IMG/VR virus record: IMGVR_UViG_2740892270_000008
Source: a virus
Taxonomy: Duplodnaviria; Heunggongvirae; Uroviricota; Caudoviricetes
Direction: 5' to 3' (one strand)
Length of the DNA: 26,692 nt
A program made the translations under genes and the position numbers. The number at the start of each line of letters is the position of its first letter. The stretch's first letter is position 1. Below are positions 8,684-16,556 of this stretch, one piece after another. A model generated the notes under the pieces. That model made no database searches, was not told the origin of the DNA, and saw nothing but the letters and a program-made list of their open reading frames with translations.

Positions 8684-8819
8684 GCAAATTGTTGAATGTC
8701 CCACCTGTGGAAATGAGGACCCGGAGTATCTGAAAGAGTGCCCACATTGTGGTGAGATAAAATGTAACCACTGCGATATGGGCGACGACACTGCATGTAT
8801 AAATTGTGAGGATGAATAA
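8676..8819 (+). CDS. Small zinc-ribbon protein with four CxxC motifs (not in ORF track)
   Basis: Manually translated: MDEQIVECPTCGNEDPEYLKECPHCGEIKCNHCDMGDDTACINCEDE (47 aa); CPTC, CPHC, CNHC, CINC; start overlaps upstream gene end, stop abuts next gene start. Confidence 0.5.
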   Translation: MDEQIVECPTCGNEDPEYLKECPHCGEIKCNHCDMGDDTACINCEDE

Positions 8820-8820
8820 T

Positions 8821-9108
8821 ATGGAAAAAGAAATCAAATTTGCGCCTAAATCTATCGACGAAGAACTGGCTAAAATCGGCATGCTTGAACGTATGCGGGA
8901 CATTATCGAATATGCGATAAAAGAAAATCTTGCAGCCAGAGAAGCCCTTTTGATAATGGAGCGGGAGATTAACCTGATTAAGGATGCTGTATCTCTGGAT
9001 AATAAAATAGCCCGCGAGGAATACGTTCGCCGTAGGCTCGGTGTTGATGGTTCAGCAATTCTTACATCTGAACATTATGCAAAAATTTTTAATCTTTTTC
9101 AGCGGTAA
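8821..9108 (+). CDS. Hypothetical protein, AT-rich moron-like gene
   Basis: ATG 8821 (MEKEIKFAPKS...) with GAGGA upstream; roughly 40% GC versus ~55% in flanking phage genes (eyeball estimate). Confidence 0.5.
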   Translation: MEKEIKFAPKSIDEELAKIGMLERMRDIIEYAIKENLAAREALLIMEREINLIKDAVSLDNKIAREEYVRRRLGVDGSAILTSEHYAKIFNLFQR

Positions 9109-9328
9109 TCCCCATACAGGCCCGGAGATTGTCGAAATGCCAGTCGGTATTAATATATGAGCCATCCTGGATATCTTCTGCATTTTCCGGGGTAGAGTTT
9201 TTTTGAGCGAGATTGATAATATGTATTGCCTCCTCACGGGAAATCAGCCCCTTATCGAACAGGGTTACCATAAGATTTCCAGCCATTGTGAATGCGGCAA
9301 CATCAAGTGCATTTTTTATATCTGACAT
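9089..9328 (-). CDS. Hypothetical protein on the opposite strand (moron-like), convergent with the upstream gene
   Basis: 79-aa minus-strand ORF; start codon at 9326-9328 with AAGGA ~9 nt upstream on minus strand; 3' end overlaps the convergent gene by 20 bp; lower GC. Confidence 0.45.
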   Translation of the reverse strand: MSDIKNALDVAAFTMAGNLMVTLFDKGLISREEAIHIINLAQKNSTPENAEDIQDGSYINTDWHFDNLRACMGITAEKD

Positions 9329-9356
9329 AGATTTTTCCTTTTATGTTAATTGACAT

Positions 9357-9386
9357 GGCGGTGCGGTAACACCGCCCATTTTTTAT
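9357..9386 (+). terminator. Putative intrinsic terminator (GC hairpin plus T-run)
   Basis: GGCGGTG-CGGTAA-CACCGCC perfect 7-bp stem followed by CATTTTTTAT; lies between the minus-strand moron and gemA. Confidence 0.5.
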
Positions 9387-9398
9387 GGAGCCACGATA

Positions 9399-9701
9399 AT
9401 GAATCGCGCTTCCCTGATTACCTTAATACATGTCGCAAAACGCGATCTACAGCTTGACCATGATACCTATACATCCGCGCTGCTGGCAGCCACCGGCAAA
9501 TCCAGTTGCCGTGATATGTCACCCGGTGAGTTATCCCGCGTGCTGGATGTTTTCAAAAAACGCGGTTTTAAAGTGCGTCAGAAGCCGGTTAACCGGGCCT
9601 TAAAACCGGGTACGGTGACCGCCAAAATTCGCGCCATCTGGAAAGTGATGCACCGGCAGGGATTTATCTCTGATGGCGGGGAAACGGCCCTTAACCGCTG
9701 G
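9399..9701 (+). CDS. gemA: GemA-like protein (Mu gp16 family), C-terminus inside N-masked block
   Basis: MNRASLITLIHVAKRDLQLDHDTYTSALLAATGKSSCRDMSPGELSRVLDVFKKRGF matches Mu GemA N-terminus as recalled; runs into mask 9702-9953. Confidence 0.75.
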
Positions 9702-9972
9702 NNNNNNNNNNNNNNNNNNNNNNNNNNNNNNNNNNNNNNNNNNNNNNNNNNNNNNNNNNNNNNNNNNNNNNNNNNNNNNNNNNNNNNNNNNNNNNNNNNN
9801 NNNNNNNNNNNNNNNNNNNNNNNNNNNNNNNNNNNNNNNNNNNNNNNNNNNNNNNNNNNNNNNNNNNNNNNNNNNNNNNNNNNNNNNNNNNNNNNNNNNN
9901 NNNNNNNNNNNNNNNNNNNNNNNNNNNNNNNNNNNNNNNNNNNNNNNNNNNNNATGATGACCGGAGGCGGGT

Positions 9973-10224
9973 ATGGCTGAAACACAGATGAGCATGTTTG
10001 GTGACAGCGAACAGCTGCACGCGCTGATTGACCGTCTGGATGATATTCCTGATGATGAGCTGAAAAAGAACTGGCCCGGCACGCTGCGGGACCTGGTTGA
10101 TGTGATCAGTGCTGAACTGCACCGTCAGGGGATTGAACCTGCTCAGGCGGGAATGCTTGCCCGTAAGGTTGCAGCCGCACAGGCCGGGTACATGGGCGGG
10201 CGTGGTTATTATCTCCCGGTCGGT
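9973..10224 (+). CDS. mor: Mor/C-family transcriptional activator (middle operon regulator-like), C-terminus inside N-masked block
   Basis: N-terminal MFGDSEQL... and ...LARKVAAAQAGYMGGRGYYLPVG resemble Mu Mor (...ICKHLGGGQVYIPRG) as recalled; SD GGAGG 5 nt upstream; HTH region expected within mask 10225-10405. Confidence 0.65.
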
Positions 10225-10405
10225 NNNNNNNNNNNNNNNNNNNNNNNNNNNNNNNNNNNNNNNNNNNNNNNNNNNNNNNNNNNNNNNNNNNNNNNNNNNN
10301 NNNNNNNNNNNNNNNNNNNNNNNNNNNNNNNNNNNNNNNNNNNNNNNNNNNNNNNNNNNNNNNNNNNNNNNNNNNNNNNNNNNNNNNNNNNNNNNNNNNN
10401 NNNNN

Positions 10406-10895
10406 CCCCGCACCCCTGCGTAAAAAGCTGATTGCCCTTGTTCTGGCCGGAGCCGGGACGTTCACCATTGCCACGCACTACACCGGCTACTGGGAAGGGA
10501 AAGAAAACACCACGTACATTGATCCCACCGGCACCCCCACCATCTGTTACGGCCATACCGGCCCGGATGTGAAACCGGGGATGACAAAAACTGATGAAGA
10601 GTGTCTGGAGCTGCTGGAAAAGGACATGAAATGGGCCTTTGCGGCTATCGATCGTCATGTTCAGGTGCCGCTTACCCGTGGTCAGACGGTGGCGCTGGCC
10701 TCCTGGATTTTCTGGGCCGGTGAAACGAACTTTCGCAACTCCACGCTCCTGCGCCTTATCAATGCCGGGCAGATGCCCGCGTCCTGTAAGCAGTATATCC
10801 GCTGGATTTATTCAAAGGGGGTAAAACTCCCCGGTCTTGAGGCCCGCCGTTCGGCGGATGAATGGTTATGTCGTTACGATTTGCCGAAAGTCTGA
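10406..10895 (+). CDS. Endolysin, GH24 (T4-type) lysozyme with probable N-terminal SAR domain; N-terminus inside N-masked block
   Basis: Frame open from the mask: ...LRKKLIALVLAGAGTFTIATHYTGYWEGKENTTYIDPTGTPTICYGHTG... (catalytic E in YWEG, TICYGHT motif); weakly hydrophobic Gly/Ala-rich segment before the catalytic domain suggests SAR-type secretion. Confidence 0.8.
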
Positions 10896-11007
10896 ACCGC
10901 TTCTGGCGACCGCTCATGATTGCGCTGCTGTGTGCCGTTGTGCTGCTGCGGGGTGTGCTGTGTCTGCGGTGAACAATCCCTTACCGGCCCTGATTGCCGG
11001 AGGCTGT

Positions 11008-11358
11008 ATGGCGGCGCTGGGGGTGATGAGCGTGCTGGCTGCCGTGGTATGGGGAATGCACCAGAAGACGCAGCGCCTTGAGGACAATAATCATGTGCTT
11101 GTGCGTGAACGGGACGAAGCCCGTCTGGTGCTGGCAAACCAGCAACGCACCCTGCAACTCATTTCACAAATCAGCAAGGCGGCCACGAATGAAAAACAGC
11201 AGAACATGCAGCACAGCGAGGAACAGCAGAGCATTGTCCGCCGGTCACTGGCAACGGTGCCTGCTGCCGCTGTGCCTGTGCCTGATGATGTGGCTGACCG
11301 GGTGCGGCGGGCCGTCTGTGAAATACGTGCCGGTGAAGCCGGTGCCGATCCCCGCTGA
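11008..11358 (+). CDS. i-spanin (Rz-like), N-terminal TM plus coiled coil
   Basis: ATG 11008 with GGAGG 5-6 nt upstream; MAALGVMSVLAAVVWG TM then Q/E/R-rich helical region; contains the o-spanin start in the +1 frame. Confidence 0.65.
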   Translation: MAALGVMSVLAAVVWGMHQKTQRLEDNNHVLVRERDEARLVLANQQRTLQLISQISKAATNEKQQNMQHSEEQQSIVRRSLATVPAAAVPVPDDVADRVRRAVCEIRAGEAGADPR

Positions 11359-11560
11359 ATGGCTGGCTGACTGCCTGGTCCCTCCCGCGCCGCAGCCGTT
11401 CACGTTTGGTGCATCGGTCACTTACAACCTGCAACTGCTGGCGGTGATTAAAAACTGCAACGTGGACAAGGCCAGCATCCGCCGTCTGGAGACACAGCGA
11501 CAGCATGAATTTACTGATATGGCCGGAACGACTGCTGTTCCGGCAGGAAAGACGAAGTAA
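11189..11560 (+). CDS. o-spanin (Rz1-like outer-membrane lipoprotein), overlapped architecture
   Basis: +1 frame relative to i-spanin; hydrophobic LLPLCLCLMMW followed by lipobox LTGC; proline-rich mature part (KPVPIPAEW..PPAPQP); extends past i-spanin stop. Confidence 0.6.
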   Translation: MKNSRTCSTARNSRALSAGHWQRCLLPLCLCLMMWLTGCGGPSVKYVPVKPVPIPAEWLADCLVPPAPQPFTFGASVTYNLQLLAVIKNCNVDKASIRRLETQRQHEFTDMAGTTAVPAGKTK

Positions 11561-11570
11561 GGAAAAAGGT

Positions 11571-11798
11571 ATGGATGATTCAGATTGTGCTCAGGCAGTC
11601 ATGGAGCGTGCAACAGAACGCGCCCTTTGTGACCGGCTGACACGTAAGCGCCGGGTGGCGGAGACACCGGGCAGGCGTGTATGCGCGGACTGCGGGGGTG
11701 ACATTCCGGCTGCCCGTCTGGTTGCCGTGCCGGATGCCATCCGTTGTGTGAACTGCCAGAACATCATGGAGGCCGGTCATGTGGGTCAGCATCGTTAA
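11571..11798 (+). CDS. TraR/DksA-family C4 zinc-finger protein
   Basis: 75 aa from ATG 11571 (SD AGGAAAAAGG); CADCGGDIPAARL...IRCVNCQ zinc-finger typical of phage TraR-like proteins. Confidence 0.7.
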   Translation: MDDSDCAQAVMERATERALCDRLTRKRRVAETPGRRVCADCGGDIPAARLVAVPDAIRCVNCQNIMEAGHVGQHR

Positions 11799-12090
11799 AG
11801 ATTATGTCGTGCCGATCCTGTCGGCAACGGCCACAGCCGGGGGGATCTTCATGGCGCTGATGCGCAAAACCTTTGTCCCCCGCGAGGCCTTTGAAAAACT
11901 CTCCGACCGGGTTGAGCGGGTGGAGAGCCGGATTTCCGGCCTGCCCACGCAGCAGGAGGTGAACAGACTCAATATCGAAATCACCACCCTGCGCGGTGAG
12001 CTTAAGGCCACCAATGCCACCCTGAAATCCGTCTCCCATCAGAACGAACTGCTGCTGGAGCAGGCTGTAAGGAAAAAACACAATGAGTGA
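11779..12090 (+). CDS. Small membrane/coiled-coil protein; candidate releasin-like lysis factor by position
   Basis: 103 aa; single N-terminal TM (VVPILSATATAGGIFMALM) then coiled coil; occupies the slot between lysis genes and gp27-like, where Mu encodes gp25 (inference). Confidence 0.4.
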   Translation: MWVSIVKDYVVPILSATATAGGIFMALMRKTFVPREAFEKLSDRVERVESRISGLPTQQEVNRLNIEITTLRGELKATNATLKSVSHQNELLLEQAVRKKHNE

Positions 12091-12373
12091 TTTCATTACT
12101 GAAGATCAGCGTCTTGTCATTCTGCGGTCGCTGGCGGATTACAACGGCGAACTGGGCGAATCCGTGCTTCAGGACTGCCTGGATGATTACGGTCACCGCG
12201 TGTCCCGCGACACCGTTCATACCCACATTGCCTGGCTTGCCGAGCAGGGACTGGTGCGTAAGCGCACGCTTGTTAACGGTTATTTCATCGCTGAACTGAC
12301 CGGCCGGGGTCAGGATGTGGCGGAAGGCCGCGCCACCGTTCCGGGTGTGAAGAAACCACGCGCAAGGGGGTAA
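12083..12373 (+). CDS. Hypothetical protein (possible winged-helix), Mu gp26 position
   Basis: 96-aa ORF, coupled to neighbours (ATGA overlap upstream; SD AGGGGG for next gene downstream). Confidence 0.45.
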   Translation: MSDFITEDQRLVILRSLADYNGELGESVLQDCLDDYGHRVSRDTVHTHIAWLAEQGLVRKRTLVNGYFIAELTGRGQDVAEGRATVPGVKKPRARG

Positions 12374-12375
12374 CG

Positions 12376-12957
12376 ATGGATAAGCCAGCGCGTGGCCGTG
12401 TACGCAAGGTGGATTTGCTCCCCGACAGCATCCGTAAGCCGCTGCTGGAAATGCTGCGTGAAAAACGTCTGACGCAGGTCCAGATCCGCGAGGAAATCAA
12501 CCGTCTGATCCGTGAAGCAGGTCTGCCGGAAGAGCAGCAGCTCTCACCGGCGGCCATCAGCCGGGAAGCCTCCCGTAATGAGCTGATTGCCCGTAATCTG
12601 CGTGATTTACGCGAGCAGACAAAAGCCATGATGGCCGAACTGGGGGATAAGCCGACCGGTGAAACCACGGCACTGATTCTGGAGATGTCCCGTGCCCTGA
12701 TGTACCGCCGTCTGCGTGCCGCCACCGAATCCCTGAACAGCGACAGCGATGTGGATATGCGCCTTATTAAGGACATCCTCCTGTCGGCACAGCGTGCAGA
12801 AAGTGCCGCCGAGCGCAGCATTAAGCGTGAAAAAGAAATCCGGGCCGCATTTGCTGAAGAGATGGCGAATGCGGTCACCGATGAGTTGCGCGGCGTGGAT
12901 GGCATGAGCGAGCAGATCGAATTCCGTATCAGGCAGATGCTGCTGGGTAAGGCGTAG
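12376..12957 (+). CDS. Mu gp27-like protein (putative terminase small subunit / DNA-binding packaging protein)
   Basis: 193 aa, helical, basic N-terminus, immediately upstream of large terminase as in Mu; family assignment by position and composition. Confidence 0.55.
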   Translation: MDKPARGRVRKVDLLPDSIRKPLLEMLREKRLTQVQIREEINRLIREAGLPEEQQLSPAAISREASRNELIARNLRDLREQTKAMMAELGDKPTGETTALILEMSRALMYRRLRAATESLNSDSDVDMRLIKDILLSAQRAESAAERSIKREKEIRAAFAEEMANAVTDELRGVDGMSEQIEFRIRQMLLGKA

Positions 12958-12967
12958 GAGGTGAATC

Positions 12968-13216
12968 ATGGCAACAGATAACCGCTCACTGATGAGCAGT
13001 GCCCATCAGAAAGCATTCAGTCTTGCAACACAGTTACCTCCTGAAACCATAAAGGTATGTCGTGAGTTGACTGAACTCAGCATTGCCGGGGAAATATCCC
13101 TGGAACAACTGCATTCGCTGCTGGCAGAGGCTGCCACTGATGAGTTGAGCGGCGTGGACGTGATGACTGAAGAGCTTGAGTCCCGAATCAAAAGCATTCT
13201 GACAGGTAAAGCATGA
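12968..13216 (+). CDS. Small protein duplicating the C-terminal module of the gp27-like protein
   Basis: 82 aa, strong SD AGGAGG; C-terminus ATDELSGVDVMTEELESRIKSILTGKA parallels upstream protein C-terminus AVTDELRGVDGMSEQIEFRIRQMLLGKA; stop overlaps TerL start. Confidence 0.5.
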   Translation: MATDNRSLMSSAHQKAFSLATQLPPETIKVCRELTELSIAGEISLEQLHSLLAEAATDELSGVDVMTEELESRIKSILTGKA

Positions 13217-14880
13217 TGAACAAAGCCAGAGAAACGTCGCCTTCACTGATGCAAATGACGCCTCCCCGCAAAATTGATCTGTCAGGTGAAAAAGCCCTGC
13301 TGGGCGTGGATGTGCCGGACAGCCTTGATTTGCCCGGTGATATGCCGGTGTTTCTGGATTATCAGGCCCGCTGGTTTGCAGATGAAAGTCAGGTCTGCAT
13401 CGCGGAGAAATCCCGCCGCACCGGTCTTACCTGGGCGGAAGCCGGGCGTAACGTCATTACTGCTGCAAAACCGAAGCGTCGTGGTGGCCGCAATGTGTTT
13501 TATGTGGGATCAAAGCAGGAGATGGCGCTGGAATATATTTCTGCCTGCGCGCTGTTCTCCCGTGCCTTTAACCAGCTGGCAGATGCTGATGTGTATGAGC
13601 AGACATTCTGGGATCGGGATAAAAAAGAAGAAATTTTGACCTACATGATCCGCTTTCCGAACAGTGGATTCAAAATTCAGGCATTGTCTTCCCGTCCGTC
13701 AAACCTGCGCGGCCTTCAGGGGGATGTGGTGATTGATGAAGCCGCGTTCCACGAGTCACTGGATGAGCTTCTCAAGGCGGCAATGGCGCTCACTATGTGG
13801 GGCGCGCGCGTGCGTATTATCTCCACGCATAACGGCGTCGATAATCTGTTTAATCAGTACATTCAGGAAGCCCGCGAGGGGCGCAAGGATTACAGCGTCC
13901 ACCGCATAACCCTGGATGATGCCATTGCGGACGGGCTGTACCGTCGTATCTGTTACGTCACCGATCAGGAATGGTCACCGGAAAGCGAGCAGAAATGGCG
14001 TGATGATCTCTACAAAAACGCCCCGACCCGTGAGGATGCCGACGAGGAATACGGCTGTATCCCGAAAAAATCCGGCGGTGCCTATATCCCCCACGCGCTT
14101 ATTGAAATGGCGATGATCCGCGACATCCCGATTCTGACGTTTGAAGCCCCGGACAACTTCATCAGCCGTGCCGCATGGCTGCGTGAATCGGAAGTTTTAA
14201 CCTGGTGTGAAGAACATTTAAAACCGCTTTTAGAGAAATTAAATCCCCGTTCCCGCTTCAGCTTCGGGGAAGACTTTGCCCGCACCGGTGACCTGTCCTG
14301 CTTTGTGCTGCTGGAAATCACCGAATCCCTGGCAAAGCGCGAGGTGTTTCGCGTGGAGCTGCGCAACCTGCCGTATGCCCAGCAGGAACAGGTGATGATG
14401 TACATCCTGACCCGCGTTCCGGCGCTGGTCGGTGCGGCGTTCGACGCCACCGGTAACGGCGGCTATCTGGCAGAGGCCGCACTGCTGGCCTTTGGCCCGG
14501 ACATCATCGACTGCGTGATGTTGTCGCCGAAGTGGTACGGCGAGTGGATGCCAAAACTGAAAGCCGAGTTTGAAGATCAGAATATCCTCGTCGCCCGCCA
14601 TCAGACCACGCTTGATGATTTGCGCCATGTGAAGGTAGTGAATGGTATCCCGCAAATCGACAAGGGGCGCACGAAGGACCAGAACGCAACGGCTGCGAAC
14701 GCCCGCCGCCATGGTGATTTTGCCGTGGCGCTCTGTATGGCAAACCGGGCGTCATACATGGAGGGCTTCATCCTGGATGAATCAGCCTGTCAGGCGCTAC
14801 AGGAGCGGTCGCGGGCAATGGAGGGCGGTTATCGTGATGACGATGAGGCATATCATGAATTTGATCGGGGGGGCTGGTAG
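13213..14880 (+). CDS. Terminase large subunit (Mu gp28-like)
   Basis: 555 aa; ATPase-like VVIDEAAFHE (Walker B) and C-terminal nuclease region; position before portal. Confidence 0.85.
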   Translation: MMNKARETSPSLMQMTPPRKIDLSGEKALLGVDVPDSLDLPGDMPVFLDYQARWFADESQVCIAEKSRRTGLTWAEAGRNVITAAKPKRRGGRNVFYVGSKQEMALEYISACALFSRAFNQLADADVYEQTFWDRDKKEEILTYMIRFPNSGFKIQALSSRPSNLRGLQGDVVIDEAAFHESLDELLKAAMALTMWGARVRIISTHNGVDNLFNQYIQEAREGRKDYSVHRITLDDAIADGLYRRICYVTDQEWSPESEQKWRDDLYKNAPTREDADEEYGCIPKKSGGAYIPHALIEMAMIRDIPILTFEAPDNFISRAAWLRESEVLTWCEEHLKPLLEKLNPRSRFSFGEDFARTGDLSCFVLLEITESLAKREVFRVELRNLPYAQQEQVMMYILTRVPALVGAAFDATGNGGYLAEAALLAFGPDIIDCVMLSPKWYGEWMPKLKAEFEDQNILVARHQTTLDDLRHVKVVNGIPQIDKGRTKDQNATAANARRHGDFAVALCMANRASYMEGFILDESACQALQERSRAMEGGYRDDDEAYHEFDRGGW

Positions 14881-16306
14881 TGGGACGCATCATTGATACT
14901 GACGGAAAACCTTTCTCCTTTGACCCGGAGATGCAGAGTGCCGCGCTGGATATTCCGCAGATTGCCAGCCGTTATATTGAACATCCGGCTTCGGGTATCA
15001 CCCCGAACCGGGCGGCGCAGTGCCTTCGCGGGGCTGAACGTGGCGATCTGATTGCCCAGTCCGATCTGGCCGCTGATATTGAAGAAAAGGACACCCACCT
15101 TTTTGCGGAGCTGGGCAAGCGACGTCTTGCCATTCAGGGGGTGCCATGGAGTATTGAGCCGCCACCGAACGCCAGCGCGAATGAGAAAAAGGACGCGGAA
15201 ATGCTCGACGAATATCTGCATTCCGCAGACTGGTTTGATGCCATGCTGTTTGACGCCACGGATGCCATCCTGAAGGGCTATTCCTGCATGGAAATTGAGC
15301 ACGGGATGCTCGGTAAAATGCACATCATCCGCGCCATCCGCTGGCGTGACAGCGGGCATTTCTGCCTTAACCCGGATGATTTGAGCGAACTGCGGCTGCG
15401 TGACGGCAGCCATGCCGGGGTGGCGTTTCAGCCCTTTGGCTGGATAGTGCATCAGTCGCGTTCACGCACCGGCTACGGTGGTGCGACGGGGCTTGTCAGA
15501 ACGCTTATCTGGCCGTTCATTTTCAAAAACTATTCCGTGCGCGATCTGGCGGAATTTCTGGAGGTGTACGGCCTGCCAATGAAGGTCGGGAAATACCCGT
15601 CCGGGGCAACACCGGAGCAGAAAAGTGCCCTGATGCGGGCGGTGATGGATATCGGGCGACGTACAGGCGGGATCATCCCGGCCGGGATGTCGCTGGAGTT
15701 TCAGGCGGCAGCGAACGGTCAGGCCGATCCGTTTGAAACCATGATTTCGTGGGGTGAGCGTTCCATCTCCAAAGCAATACTCGGCGGCACGCTGACCACA
15801 GAAGCCGGAGACAAAGGCGCGCGCTCGCTGGGTGAGGTGCATAACGAGGTGCGCCGGGAAATCAGGGATTCTGATTTACGCCAGCTGGCTGCAACCCTGA
15901 ACCGCGATCTGGTGTATCCGCTGTATGCCCTGAACACCGCCCACGCCATTGATATCCGTCGCCTGCCGCGTATCTGTTTCCAGACCAAAGAACCGGGGGA
16001 TATCACCAAAATAGCCAGTGCGGTGATGCAACTCAGTGCGGGGATGGATATTCCTGATCCCTGGGTACGGGATCAGACCGGTATTCCACAGCCCACGCCC
16101 GGTGAAGCCATATTCCGTGTCCGTCAGAGCAGTAATGAACCGGCCATGCCTGACAGGGAAACGCTACCGGAAAAACAGGAAAAGACAGAACAGACGGCGC
16201 TTTCAGCCCGACTGCCGGAAGCGAAAAACACGCCGCGTGATGAACTGGACGACATGGGGGACGCGGTGCCTGCCCGCCGCTTACAGGAGGCCATCGATCC
16301 GGTGCT
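14880..16306 (+). CDS. Portal protein (Mu gp29-like, DUF935 family); C-terminus inside N-masked block
   Basis: GTG start overlapping TerL stop (TAGTG); 475 visible aa; track fuses it with F across the mask into a 969-aa ORF, which is an artefact of X translation. Confidence 0.8.
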
Positions 16307-16556
16307 NNNNNNNNNNNNNNNNNNNNNNNNNNNNNNNNNNNNNNNNNNNNNNNNNNNNNNNNNNNNNNNNNNNNNNNNNNNNNNNNNNNNNNNNNNNNNN
16401 NNNNNNNNNNNNNNNNNNNNNNNNNNNNNNNNNNNNNNNNNNNNNNNNNNNNNNNNNNNNNNNNNNNNNNNNNNNNNNNNNNNNNNNNNNNNNNNNNNNN
16501 NNNNNNNNNNNNNNNNNNNNNNNNNNNNNNNNNNNNNNNNNNNNNNNNNNNNNNNN

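Noticed and set aside
9350-9378. Sigma70 promoter from TTGACA at 9350-9355
   Set aside because: With 17-bp spacing the -10 position reads CGCCCA; the TTGACA abuts the terminator hairpin, so a promoter call is unsupported.
9673-10474. ORFs composed mostly of X across masked blocks (e.g. 9673..9957, 9691..10413, 10106..10474, 17945..18292, 23235..23558)
   Set aside because: Frames are open only because N codons cannot encode stops; no information content.
10837-11007. Long start (10837) for the i-spanin ORF and an 18-aa hydrophobic micro-ORF at 10916
   Set aside because: The long start would overlap the endolysin 3' end and adds a non-hydrophobic Cys/Ala-rich leader; ATG 11008 has a GGAGG SD. 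The micro-ORF is too short and lacks an SD; a pinholin cannot be supported.
12285-12969. Minus-strand ORFs 12285..12905 and 12607..12969 opposite the gp27-like gene
   Set aside because: Ser/Arg-rich antisense artefacts overlapping a coupled forward gene set.
14082-15452. Minus-strand ORFs within TerL and portal (14082..14450, 14239..14712, 14853..15452)
   Set aside because: Antisense to well-supported structural genes; no SD or promoter context.
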